Part shown: piece after piece, positions 18,625 through 28,823 of the stretch | How positions within the stretch are numbered: the stretch's first letter is position 1 | How the letters are laid out: every line of letters starts with the position of its first letter | The notes under the pieces: generated by a model | The model's database searches: none | Told to the model about the DNA's origin: nothing | The model's input: the letters and a program-made list of their open reading frames with translations, nothing else | From: an uncultured Alphaproteobacteria bacterium | GTDB taxonomy: Bacteria > Pseudomonadota > Alphaproteobacteria > Rhizobiales > Rhodomicrobiaceae | Direction: 5' to 3' | Length of the DNA stretch: 64,000 nt | NCBI GenBank assembly: GCA_963834165.1 | Contig: CAWIAL010000019.1 | Location: 12,215 to 76,214, forward strand | Made by a program: the position numbers and the translations under genes

Positions 18625-19731
18625 ATGTCAGATACCCTCGCAGCCCATAAGCAGCCGTCCGAACCAAATCCGAAGCAGCCTGAAGACGAAAAGAAGCGAA
18701 TAGAGATCCCTTCATGGTGGGCGATTGTCGCACTGATCATGGTCGGCCTCGTCGTCCTGCCTATCCAGTACGCAAGTTTGCATTCGAAGAAAAACGTTGC
18801 GCAGGAGGAGGCGCAGGCCAAACCGGCTGTTCCCGAGGCAGGGTCCCAGACGAAACAGGATGTTGGGCAGCCGCAGACGCCGGTAGCGCAAGCTGTTGCG
18901 CCAGCGGACTCGCAGTCAAAGCCGAATGTCGAGCAGGCAGACGCGCAGGCCAAACCGGCTATCCCTGAGGCAGCGTCTCAGACGAAGCAAGATGCCGTAC
19001 AGGCACAGACTCCGGTAACGCAGGCTGTTACGCCAGCAGACTCGCAAGTGAAGCCGAATGTCGATCAAGCAGACGCGCAGACCAAACCGAATGTCCCCGA
19101 CGCAGCATCACAGGCGAAGCAAGAAATTGCTCAAGCGGACGCCGCTTCGAAACAAAAGGTTGCGCTGACAAAAAGCTCTGCCGGGAAGCTGAAAGTCGAG
19201 GATGCGGTGTTCTTCCGCATCGAAGGAAAGGACAAACAGGGCCGGGCCGCCGCATTCGATTTCATTATGCTGTCGAAGGACTACGGGTGGGCCAAGGGGA
19301 GCACGAGCCAGATTGCATCGGGCGGGAAAGTCATCCCGAATGCAGAGGCGGCAAACCGCATTTTTGCTCCGAAAGTGCGTGAGTCGCTTTCGGGCGCAAC
19401 CGACCTGATCGGCGTCGGGCTCGCTTCGAGTGGAAATCGCACTGAAGAGGAAGCGCGTGCCTTGGCTCGCTCCAAGACTTCCGCAGCGTGGCTCAAAAAG
19501 GCCGGCAAGCCGGGAACGGCGCTCTGGACGTTGACGCTTGGCCAATACAAGGGTTGCAAAGAGCAGGAGGATGCGGACTCGAGTTTCGACCGCCCTGTTA
19601 TTTTCGCTGGCGTTCGATCCAAAGCAGACGGCGCCAACTTGGCTGAAGCTTTGGCCGACGCGATCAACGGTCACGATAACTTGCCGGGCCGCGACTGCTA
19701 CTCTCGCTTCGATATGGAGAAAGTCCGCTGA
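18625..19731 (+). CDS. Membrane-anchored hypothetical protein with a 44-aa tandem-repeat spacer and an unassigned C-terminal domain
   Basis: ATG start. One hydrophobic helix (WWAIVALIMVGLVVLPI), then about 2.5 copies of AQAKPA.PEA.SQTKQD..Q.QTPV.QAV.PADSQ.KPNV.QAD, then ~200 aa of non-repetitive sequence. Confidence 0.6.
   Translation: MSDTLAAHKQPSEPNPKQPEDEKKRIEIPSWWAIVALIMVGLVVLPIQYASLHSKKNVAQEEAQAKPAVPEAGSQTKQDVGQPQTPVAQAVAPADSQSKPNVEQADAQAKPAIPEAASQTKQDAVQAQTPVTQAVTPADSQVKPNVDQADAQTKPNVPDAASQAKQEIAQADAASKQKVALTKSSAGKLKVEDAVFFRIEGKDKQGRAAAFDFIMLSKDYGWAKGSTSQIASGGKVIPNAEAANRIFAPKVRESLSGATDLIGVGLASSGNRTEEEARALARSKTSAAWLKKAGKPGTALWTLTLGQYKGCKEQEDADSSFDRPVIFAGVRSKADGANLAEALADAINGHDNLPGRDCYSRFDMEKVR
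18811..19140 (+). repeat. In-frame 132-bp tandem repeat, about 2.5 copies (units begin at 18811, 18943, 19075)
   Basis: The gcgcaggccaaaccggct unit start recurs at exactly 132-bp spacing; the units are diverged but colinear. Confidence 0.85.
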
Positions 19732-19831
19732 AGGCTGCACAGGGACCTGAACTCGCCAGAGGTCAAAGGCGAGAGCCGCCCGCTGGGTTGCGGAGGCTCT
19801 TTCCTTTCGCTCCGTTTCGCGAAGCCCCTTG

Positions 19832-20281
19832 TTATTTAGGCAACGGCCAATTTATGGATGACCCCATCTTCTTCGCCTTGTCGTAATCGGCGCGCAGGTC
19901 CTGCTTCATCCCCTCAAGCTGAGGATAGTCCGCCGGCAGGTGATTGACGATGCAGGCCGCGAGGCAAACCTTGGCTTCGGCCTTCGCGCGCTCCGCAGCC
20001 GCCACATTTGGAAAAGCCGCGTTGCCGTAGGCGTCCACGCAAAGAAACTGGCAGAAACCGCCGATGCGGGCGAACGCCGTCTTTTTCTCCTCGCCGGTCC
20101 ACTGGGCATACTTTCCCTGAGGAAGGCCCGCGATTGGCGCCTTGGCGATATAGGCGTTCACGTCGCCGTCGCGCGTTTGCGCTTGGGACGCGCAAATGGC
20201 GACGCAAGAGGCGGCGGCAGCCGTAACAACGGCGAGAACCGCGCCAGCTCGCGTCATTTGCAAAGGCTTTCGCGACATCAT
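19832..20281 (-). CDS. Small secreted Cys-containing hypothetical protein
   Basis: ATG start and signal-peptide-like N-terminus (AGAVLAVVTAAAASCVAICASQA). Six Cys. Divergent from the alpha-2-macroglobulin gene. Confidence 0.5.
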   Translation of the reverse strand: MMSRKPLQMTRAGAVLAVVTAAAASCVAICASQAQTRDGDVNAYIAKAPIAGLPQGKYAQWTGEEKKTAFARIGGFCQFLCVDAYGNAAFPNVAAAERAKAEAKVCLAACIVNHLPADYPQLEGMKQDLRADYDKAKKMGSSINWPLPK

Positions 20282-20494
20282 TTGCCGCCCTTAGCGTCTT
20301 AGCCACCCCATTGTCAACAGCGGCTGCATCCGAATAAAGCGCAACGCCTTACCATTCATAAACCATCACAAAAACTTCGAGCTTTCTCCTTCAAAAGATC
20401 ACGTTTCCCGACTTTTTCCGCCTTGCGTCAGCCCGAATTTTGGCGGCACTTGTCCAGCAAATAAGAAGTAACCCCATCTTGTCGAGTTGCTGCT

Positions 20495-23400
20495 ATGTTT
20501 TTGATCCGCTTTTTCTTTGCTGCTTTCGTAACCGTGGCTGTCATGGCGGCCGTCCCCGCCGAGCAGAAAACTCCCATCGATGACTACATCGTTCGAGAGT
20601 CCGAAACCTTTGAAAATACGCTGCAGTCCACCTGGCCCACCAAGGGCAAGGACGCCAAGGGCTGGAAAGCCGAGGGCGTGAAGGCAAGCGCCGCAAGCGA
20701 TCACCGCGCCGCGACGGGCTATTTTGCCTCGTCGGCGCTTCTCGATAAGAAAAACGCCGATACGTGGCTGCAACTCGCGCGGGAATATCTCGCGATCGAG
20801 ACGGACAAATACGGCGAGAAAAGCACCTTCTCCCGCAATGCGGGCGCATCTGCTTATATCGCCTACACGCACTCCCAGACCCCTCAGGCAAAAGCGCAGG
20901 CGCTGGCCGTTCTGGCCGAAAGTCTCGCCGCACGCGAGCAATGGCGCCCTGCTCTGCGCATCTACAAGATGAGCCTTGCGCTCAATGCCGACCCGGATGT
21001 GCAGGAGGCTTATGACGGAGCCTTCAACGAGCACGGCTTCCGCATGCTCGATTACACCTCCGACAACGAGTTCGAATTCGCCGCGAATCTGCGTGCAATT
21101 CTCCGATACCATTGCCAAAGGCCGCATCAATTTCGCAGATTACGTTACGGTCAATAATGAGAAGCCCGCTTCGGTGCGCGTGCAGGGCTCGCAGCTCTGC
21201 GTGGAGGACCTTCTCCATGGCAAGCGCTATGAAGTGAAGGTGCGCAGCGGCATTCCCTCGACCGAGGACGACCTGTTGCCGAAGGCCGTGGAACTCACGG
21301 TCTATATCCGCGACCGCTCGCCCTCGGTTCGCTTCTCCGCGAGGAATTATGTGCTGCCCCGGACAGGCCAGCAGGGCATCCCCATCGTCAGCATCAACAC
21401 GAAGCTCGTGAAGGCAACGATCTATCGCATTGGAGACCGGCGTCTTGCCGACGAAGTGCTGGACGGCGACTTCCAGAAGCCGATGGAATCCTACCAGCTG
21501 AACCAGCTCGCGAACCAGAAAGGCGAGAAGCTCTGGTCCGGTGAGATGTCGGTCGCTTCGAAGCTGAATGAAGAGGTCACGACCGCATTCCCGATTGACA
21601 CGCTTTTGCCAAACCTCAAGCCCGGCCTCTACGTTATCGCGGCAAGCGCGGCCGAGGAAAGCGCCAAGGCAGACGAAAATTCCGCCGACTCCGAAAACGA
21701 CTACGGTACAAAGACGACGCAGTGGTTCGTCGTCTCCGACCTGGGCCTGACCGCATTTTCAGGCGCCGATGGCGTCCACGTTTATGTCCGCTCGCTCGGC
21801 ACTGCGAGCCCCGTCGCCGATGCCGAAATCCGGCTTGTGGCGCGCAACAACGAGGTGCTCGGAACTGTCAAGACCGATGCCACAGGCACCGCGACGTTCG
21901 AAGCCGCGCTGGCGCATGGGATCGGCGGCCTTGCGCCAGCGCTCGTTATCGCGCGTGGAGCGGATAGCGACTACGGCTTCCTCGATATCACGAAGCAGGC
22001 CTTCGATCTGTCCGACCGCGGCGTCGGCGGACGCACGCCTCCTGGGCCGCTCGATGCGATGGTTTTCACCGAGCGCGGCGTCTACCGTCCGGGCGAGAAC
22101 GTGTATGTCACCGCAATGCTGCGCGACGCGGCGGCGAACGCCGTTCCGTCCACGCCGCTGATCGTGAAGCTGTTCCGCCCCGATGGCGTGGAAGACCGGC
22201 GCGAAACGCTCGCCGACCAGGGCAACGGCGGACGCAGCTGGCAGATCGCGCTGCCCGATACAGCCATGACGGGTTCGTGGCGTCTTGCGGCGTTCGTCGA
22301 TCCCAAGGCCGCGGCACTCTACGAGAAGAATTTTCTCGTGGAAGACTACGTCCCCGAACGGCTTGAGATGAAGCTGACCGCGTCCCAGCCCATGATTTCG
22401 GCGGGCACACCCGGCGTCGTCGGTCTCGCGGGCCGTTACCTCTACGGTGCGCCAGCCTCGAACCTTGGTCTTGAAGGCGAAATCGTGATTTCCGCGGCCA
22501 GCGAGGTCTCCGGATTTCCCGGCTATCGCGTCGGGCAGGAAAGCGAGAAGTTCACCACCGTCCGCAAGGATCTCGAAGCGCTGCCAAACACGGATGCGAC
22601 GGGCGCTGCTTCGCTTTCCATCGCATTGCCCGATCTGCCCCAAACGTCGAAGCCGCTCAACGCGGATGTGACGGTTCGCCTGCGCGAGCCGAGCGGGCGC
22701 GCACTTGCGGACCGCATCGCGCTCAAGGTCAACACCGGCAAGAGCTTCATCGGCGTGAAACCGCTTTTCGAAGGCTCGGTGCCGGAGGGAGCGCCTGCCG
22801 AGTTCGAAATCGTCGGCATCGGGCCGGACGGCAAGCAAACGGCGATCGGCGGTCTGAAATGGGACCTGCAGCGCGTCGAGAGCCAGTTCCAGTGGTACAG
22901 CCGCGACAATCGCTGGTCCTATGAGCTTGTCACCTACGAGAGCCGCATTGCGGGCGGGACCATCGACACACCGGCATCGGGTACGGTGCGCATCAAAGCG
23001 CCCGTCGATGCTGGCACCTACCGGCTCGACATCGCATCCGCTACCGCGCAAGGCCCGGCGACAAGCTATTCCTTCTCCGCGGGCTGGTATGTCTCTGAAA
23101 CCTCGGACACCCCCGAAATCCTTAACCTGGCGCTCGACCGCGCTTCCTACCGCCCCGGCGATGACGTCAAAGTAACGGTCATGCCGCGCATGGCCGGGCA
23201 CGCGCTCGTCGCGATCGTGAGCGACAAGGTGCTCGCGACGCAAATGATCGATGTGGCCGCGTCGGGCGGCTCGGCGACCTTCAAGGTCGATCCGGCCTGG
23301 GGACCGGGAGCCTACGCGACCGCAATTCTTTACCGCCCGATGGACAGCGCCGCGAAGCGCATGCCAAGCCGCGCTGTGGGAGTGAAATGGATACCGCTCG

Positions 23401-25838
23401 ACACGAAGCCGCGGACGCTCGCCATCGCGCTCGATACGCCACCAGCGGTGCGCCCGGCTGGCCCCGTCACGGTGTCGGCCTCGATCTCCGGCCTCGACAC
23501 CGGCGAGAACGCGACCATCGTCATCTCCGGCGTCGATCTCGGCATCCTGAACGTGACGCGCTACAAGACGCCCGCGCCGGCCTCATACTTCTACGGCCAG
23601 CGCCGCCTCGGGCTTGAGATGCGCGACCTTTACGGCAAGCTTATCGACGGCATGCAGGGCGTGCGAGGCGTTGTCCGTTCCGGCGGCGACGAAGGCGGCC
23701 TTGAGATGAGCGGCAGGCCGCTCGCCGAGGCTCCGCTCGCCGTGTATTCCGGCCCGCTCCAGGTGGACGCGAATGGGAAAGCGCAGGTGACATTCACTTT
23801 GCCTGCTTTCAACGGAACGATGCGGCTTGCGGCGCAAGCCTGGACGCCTTCGAAGCTTGGTTCCGGCGAGAAGGATGTGATCGTGCGCGACACGGTCGTG
23901 GCGCAAGCGACGCCGCCCAAGTTTTTGATGCTCGGCGACAGCTCCAACCTGCACCTCAGCATCGAGAACGTCGAGGCTCCCGCTGGGACTTACCAGCTAT
24001 CGGCGAAGGCCGATGGCGGCATCGAGGTGATCGGCGAGAGCGAGCGCAAGCTGACGCTGGAGCTTGAGAAACGCATCAGCCAAACCATACCGATCAAGGG
24101 CGCCTCCGTCGGCGACGGCCACATCTCGTTCTCGCTCACAGGACCGGGCAATGTGGCCATCGAGCGGACCTACGCGATCCCGGTCGAGCCGCCAGCGCCC
24201 AACGTCCGCCGCCGCACGAGCCAGATGCTCGCGGCGTCTACCGGCTCCTTGCGCGTCGGCAGCGAGTTGATCCGCGATCTGGTCCCGGCTTCGGCAAAGG
24301 TTTCGGTCACGGCTAGCCGCACGGCGTCCTTCGATGTGCCGGGGCTGCTGATCGGCCTCGACCGCTATCCATTCGGCTGCGCCGAGCAGACCACAAGCCG
24401 CGCGCTGCCGCTTCTCTACTACGACGAGGTTGCGTCCCGCGCGCGCCTGAGCAAGGAGCCGAAAGCGAAAGCTGCCATCGAGAAGGCCATCACGCGGCTT
24501 TACGAGATGCAGTCGTCGTCGGGTGCTTTCGGGCTGTGGGGGCCGTACGGCGAAGACGCATGGCTGACAGCCTATGTCGCGGACTTCCTGACCCGTGCCA
24601 GGGAAAAGGGCTACGCCGTCCGCGATACGTCTTACGAGATCGCGCTGGACAGGCTCAAGAACACGGTCAACAACGCCCGCGACTTCAAGAAAGGCGGTGA
24701 GGATCTGGCCTATGCGCTGTATGTTCTCGCTCGGGCGGGGCGCGGCGTACTTGGCGATCTGCGCTACTACTCCGACACGAAGATCGACGCGTTCTTGACG
24801 CCGATTGCACGCGCTCAGCTCGGCGCAGGGCTCGCCATGCTCGGCGATAAGGAAAGAGCCGCGCTGACATTCGCCTCCGCCTTGTCGGCGCTCACCGCGC
24901 CCGACATGGAGGTGCCGCTGGCGAACCGCGCCGATTACGGCACGCAGCTTCGCGACGCGGCCGCGGTGCTGGCCCTGATGGGCGAAAGCAGCGCGGCGAC
25001 GCCGCAATTGCAGAAGGCGTTCAACATCGTCGTCGCGCTCCGCGCGCAACAAAAGGAGACGACGACCCAGGAGAGCCTCTGGCTCCTGCTCGCCGCGCGA
25101 ACGCTCGATGCACAGAACAAGGACCTCGCGCTGGAAGTGAACGGCGTGCCGGTCAAGGGTTCGTTCCAGACGGTGCTGGCCGGCAGCGACTTTACCGCCG
25201 GTTCGATTCAGGTGACGAACGTGAGCGCGATCCTGCCGAACGCGGCCTCGGAAAAATTCGAGACGGTGCTGACGCCGGAACAATTCGCAGGCGAAGGGCT
25301 GCTTGTGAAGAACCGCGGGCCCGAAGCCGTGCCGGCCTCGGTTCTCGTCACCGGCGAGGGCATGGAGCCGGAGCCGTCCGCCGAAAGCGGCTTCAAGATC
25401 GAGCGCAAGACCTATTCGCCCGATGGCAAGGAGATCCCTTTCGACAAGCTGAAGCAGAACGACCGTGTGGTCGTCGTGCTGAAGGTGACGGAGGTCGATC
25501 CGAAGCTTGCGCAGATCGTGGTCGAGGACAGGCTTCCGGCGGGCTTCGATATCGAGAACCCGGCGCTGCTGAAGGGCTCGGACCTGAAGGCTTTCGCATG
25601 GCTGCCTGCGACTTACAATCCCGTCTTCTCGGCGTTCCGGGATGACCGCTTCGTGGCGGCGTACTCGCTCACCGATCAAGGGCGCAAAGTTCCCGCGCAA
25701 ATGACGATGGCCTACGTGATGCGGGCGGTGACCCCCGGCGTCTATATGCACGCAGGAGCACGCGTCGAAGATATGTACCGGCCGGACCGCTTCGCGCGGA
25801 CTTCGGGCGCGAAGGTGGAGATTACGGCGGCGCAGTAA
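20495..25838 (+). CDS. yfhM: Bacterial alpha-2-macroglobulin family protein (YfhM-like), reading frame interrupted by a 1-nt insertion at 21077/21078
   Basis: Signal-peptide N-terminus in frame 2 (20495-21076). The homologous continuation SPRICVQFSD.. is in frame 0 to 25838. Thioester motif GCAEQ at 24378-24389. Combined length ~1780 aa. pbpC lies immediately downstream. Confidence 0.85.
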
Positions 25839-25854
25839 ATGGACGAGCGCAACA

Positions 25855-25985
25855 CCCCTCACCCCAGCCCTCTCCCCATGGGAGAGGGAGCAACAGCGTC
25901 CCTTCTCCCGTCGCGCCGGAGGCGCGCCAACAGAAAGAGCAAGCACGCCAAGGCGTGCTTGCTGGGAGAAGGGCAGGATGAGGGG
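25855..25985. repeat. Nested palindromic REP-like element in the yfhM-pbpC gap
   Basis: Outer arms cccctcacc../..ggatgagggg and cccttctccc/gggagaaggg. Inner hairpins ctctcccc-atg-ggagaggg and gcaagcacgcc-aa-ggcgtgcttgc (25939-25962). The first 37 nt recur near-identically at 47280. Confidence 0.7.
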
Positions 25986-25990
25986 CGTCC

Positions 25991-28066
25991 ATGAGGTCCC
26001 GGCGCACTATCATCCTGGCGCTGACGGGCATTTTTGCCCTGCTGGCCCTGATCGCGGTCTGGCTCAAACTGTTTGAGCCGTTGCCCCTGGACGCGGCGGC
26101 TTCATCGTCCCGGCTCGTGCTCGACCGCGACGGGCATCTCTTGCGGGCCTTCACCACGCCGGAAGGGCGATGGCGCCTCGATGCCAAGCCGGAGGATGTA
26201 AGCCCGACCTATCTGTCGCTCCTGCTCGCCTTCGAGGATCATCGCTTCTGGAGGCATACGGGCGTTGATCCTCTCGCGCTGGGGCGAGCCGTGCTGCAAG
26301 CGGTCCGTTACGGCAAGCCCATCTCCGGCGGATCGACGCTGACGATGCAGGTCGCACGGCTTCTGCGCGGCTCGCCGACGCATTCGGTCCTCGCGAAGTT
26401 CCAGCAGATCGCGGACGCGGCGCGCCTGGAATGGGCGCTGAGCAAGGGCGAGATCCTCGCGCTTTATCTCAAGCTCGCCCCCTATGGCGGCAATCTCGAA
26501 GGCGTTCGCGCCGCCTCACTCGCCTATTTCGGCAAGGAACCGCACCACCTCAGCGTAGCGGAAGCCGCGCTCCTCGTGACGATCCCGCAATCCCCGGAAG
26601 TGCGCCGCCCCGATCGCGGGTACGAGTCGCTCGTCGAGGGCCGCGATCGGGTCATTCGCAGAGCGGCCGCTGCCCATGCGATAACGGAGGCCGACGCGAA
26701 AGCGGCACTCTCGCAAGCGGCTCCGCGCGGGCGGCGAGACTTCCCGGCGCTTGCGCCGCATATTTCCGACAGGCTGATCGCCGCGCTGCCAAACCAGCCC
26801 GCCATCGCGACCACAATCGACCGCAATCTGCAGGAAGCCACCGAGACGATCACCCGCAGAAACGCGATAAGCTTCGGAGAAAAAATATCGATCGCCGCGC
26901 TTATCGTGAACAATCGCACGGGCGAAGTGCTCGCCCATGTCGGCTCGGCCGGCTATTTCGACGATACGCGGCTCGGTGCGATCGACATGACAACCGCGAT
27001 CCGCTCGCCCGGATCGGCCTTGAAGCCCTTCATCTACGGCCTCGCCTTCGAGGATGGGCTGGCGCACCCCGAGACGCTGATCGAGGACAGGCCCGTGCGC
27101 TTCGACAGCTACGCGCCCGTGAATTTCGACAACGTGTTCCACGGAACGGTAACGGTGCGGACAGCGCTTCAGCTTTCGCTTAACGTGCCCGCAGTGAAGG
27201 TGCTGAACGAGGTCAGCCCGGTGAAACTGGCTGCGCGCTTCCGCGATGCAGGCATGCCGTTCGAAGTACCGCGCAATCTGACGGTGGCTCTGGGCGGCGC
27301 TGGCCTTACGCTGGAAAACCTGACGGCGCTTTATGTGGCGCTCGCGCGTGGCGGGAGCGTCATCCCGATCCGTTACCAGAAGGAGAGCGGCCCGGTTTGG
27401 GGCGCGGGCGATCCACCTGTGCTGCTTCAGCCCGCCGCCGCCTGGTATGTTGCCGACATCCTTCGGGGCGCGCCTGTACCCCCGAGCGTCACCCCGGGCG
27501 CGGTCGCCTTCAAGACCGGCACCTCCTACGGTTTCCGCGATGCCTGGGCAGCGGGTTTCGATGGCGAATACACCATCGCAGTTTGGGCAGGGCGCGCCGA
27601 CGCGAGTTCCGTGCCGGGTCTTGTCGGATTGCGCGTGGCTGCGCCGGTGCTGTTCGAGCTGTTCAGCGCCCTCGGGCCCCATCGCGCGCCGTTTGCTGCT
27701 GCGCCGCCGAATATCATCGGCTCGCGCAAGACGGCTGACCTGCCGCCTCCGTTGCGTATTTTCCGCGAGCAGAAGCGCGACGCGCCAGGCGGCGGAAGCC
27801 CGGAGCAGGCGCTCCATATAGCCTTCCCGCCTCCCAACTCGAATGTCGAACTCGCAACCGTTGAGGGACAGGCGGACATGCTTCCCGTCGCTTTGAAAGC
27901 CGAAGGCGGGACGCTGCCGCTGACCTGGCTCGTGGACGGCGTGCCGCTCGCGTCTTCTCCCCATCGCCGCGAGGCGTTCCTGAAGCCGGTTGGCCCCGGT
28001 TTCGTGCAAATCACCGTCGTGGACGCGGAGGGGCACTCAGACCACACGCAAGTCCGCCTCCGCTAA
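25991..28066 (+). CDS. pbpC: Penicillin-binding protein 1C (transglycosylase/transpeptidase)
   Basis: Glycosyltransferase motif LLAFEDHRFWRHTGVD..GGSTLTMQ. Transpeptidase SxxK (GSALKPF). Position is directly after the alpha-2-macroglobulin gene. Confidence 0.9.
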   Translation: MRSRRTIILALTGIFALLALIAVWLKLFEPLPLDAAASSSRLVLDRDGHLLRAFTTPEGRWRLDAKPEDVSPTYLSLLLAFEDHRFWRHTGVDPLALGRAVLQAVRYGKPISGGSTLTMQVARLLRGSPTHSVLAKFQQIADAARLEWALSKGEILALYLKLAPYGGNLEGVRAASLAYFGKEPHHLSVAEAALLVTIPQSPEVRRPDRGYESLVEGRDRVIRRAAAAHAITEADAKAALSQAAPRGRRDFPALAPHISDRLIAALPNQPAIATTIDRNLQEATETITRRNAISFGEKISIAALIVNNRTGEVLAHVGSAGYFDDTRLGAIDMTTAIRSPGSALKPFIYGLAFEDGLAHPETLIEDRPVRFDSYAPVNFDNVFHGTVTVRTALQLSLNVPAVKVLNEVSPVKLAARFRDAGMPFEVPRNLTVALGGAGLTLENLTALYVALARGGSVIPIRYQKESGPVWGAGDPPVLLQPAAAWYVADILRGAPVPPSVTPGAVAFKTGTSYGFRDAWAAGFDGEYTIAVWAGRADASSVPGLVGLRVAAPVLFELFSALGPHRAPFAAAPPNIIGSRKTADLPPPLRIFREQKRDAPGGGSPEQALHIAFPPPNSNVELATVEGQADMLPVALKAEGGTLPLTWLVDGVPLASSPHRREAFLKPVGPGFVQITVVDAEGHSDHTQVRLR

Positions 28067-28269
28067 CGCAGCACGACGATGCAGGAATCTTGGCTCCATC
28101 CTTCGACAAGCTCAGGATGAGGCTGAGCGTTATTGAGCCTCATGGTGAGCTTGCCGAACCATGGGCAACAACTCATTTTGGCAGCCTGCTAGAACGATTG
28201 GGTTCGCTTGATCGAGCGGGCGGCGCGCCTAAATGCATGCAAACCCTTCCAAAATTTCGTGAGGTTTCC

Positions 28270-28677
28270 ATGACGCGACTTATGACGCTTGGGCTTGCCG
28301 CGGCGGTTGTCATGTTTACGAAAAGCGCCGGCGCTGGCCCGCTCGACGCCTACCGGGGGAATGCGCGCCCTGTGATCGTATTCGGCTCGGACGATATCCC
28401 CGCTTTTCGCGAGCAGATCGCCATTTTCAACCACGCTTCCGTTGGCTTGCGCGAACGCGATATTGTCCTGGTCCCCGCGAACCGCGAGCGGCAAGACCTC
28501 CGCAGCGCTTACCGCGTCTCGCCGGGCGAGTTCGAAGTGCTGCTCGTTGGCAAGGACGGCGGCGTGAAATTCCGGAGCCGCAAGATCGTGCCGCCGCAGC
28601 AAATCTTCCGCCTCGTCGACGCCATGCCAATGCGCCGCGACGAGATGCGCAATCGCTCCAGTCACTCCGCGGGTTAA
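28270..28677 (+). CDS. DUF4174-like secreted protein
   Basis: Signal peptide MTRLMTLGLAAAVVMFTKSAGA, then ..RPVIVFG..FEVLLVGKDGGVKFRS..F.LVDAMPMRR.. The track ORF start at 28090 lies in a repeat element. Confidence 0.65.
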   Translation: MTRLMTLGLAAAVVMFTKSAGAGPLDAYRGNARPVIVFGSDDIPAFREQIAIFNHASVGLRERDIVLVPANRERQDLRSAYRVSPGEFEVLLVGKDGGVKFRSRKIVPPQQIFRLVDAMPMRRDEMRNRSSHSAG

Positions 28678-28823
28678 ACGAAAAGGCCGCATACCGGCCT
28701 TCGGATCATGACATTAGAAATGGGCTTCCCATTTTGCCACTGCCCCGCTAGAGACTTCGGCGGCAATGCGGGGCGGCTGGCCCGCAGGCACGTGCAGCAT
28801 CAAGTGAAGGGGGCACAGGGACC

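Noticed and set aside
21759-25946. Long minus-strand ORFs (494 aa at 21759-23243; 649 aa at 23997-25946) inside the alpha-2-macroglobulin gene.
   Set aside because: They are antisense shadow ORFs, typical of GC-rich coding DNA. Their Arg/Ala/Gly-rich translations have no motifs, and they lie fully within a gene with strong homology on the other strand.
26516-28036. 506-aa minus-strand ORF inside pbpC.
   Set aside because: Same reasoning: it is a shadow ORF opposite a well-supported gene.
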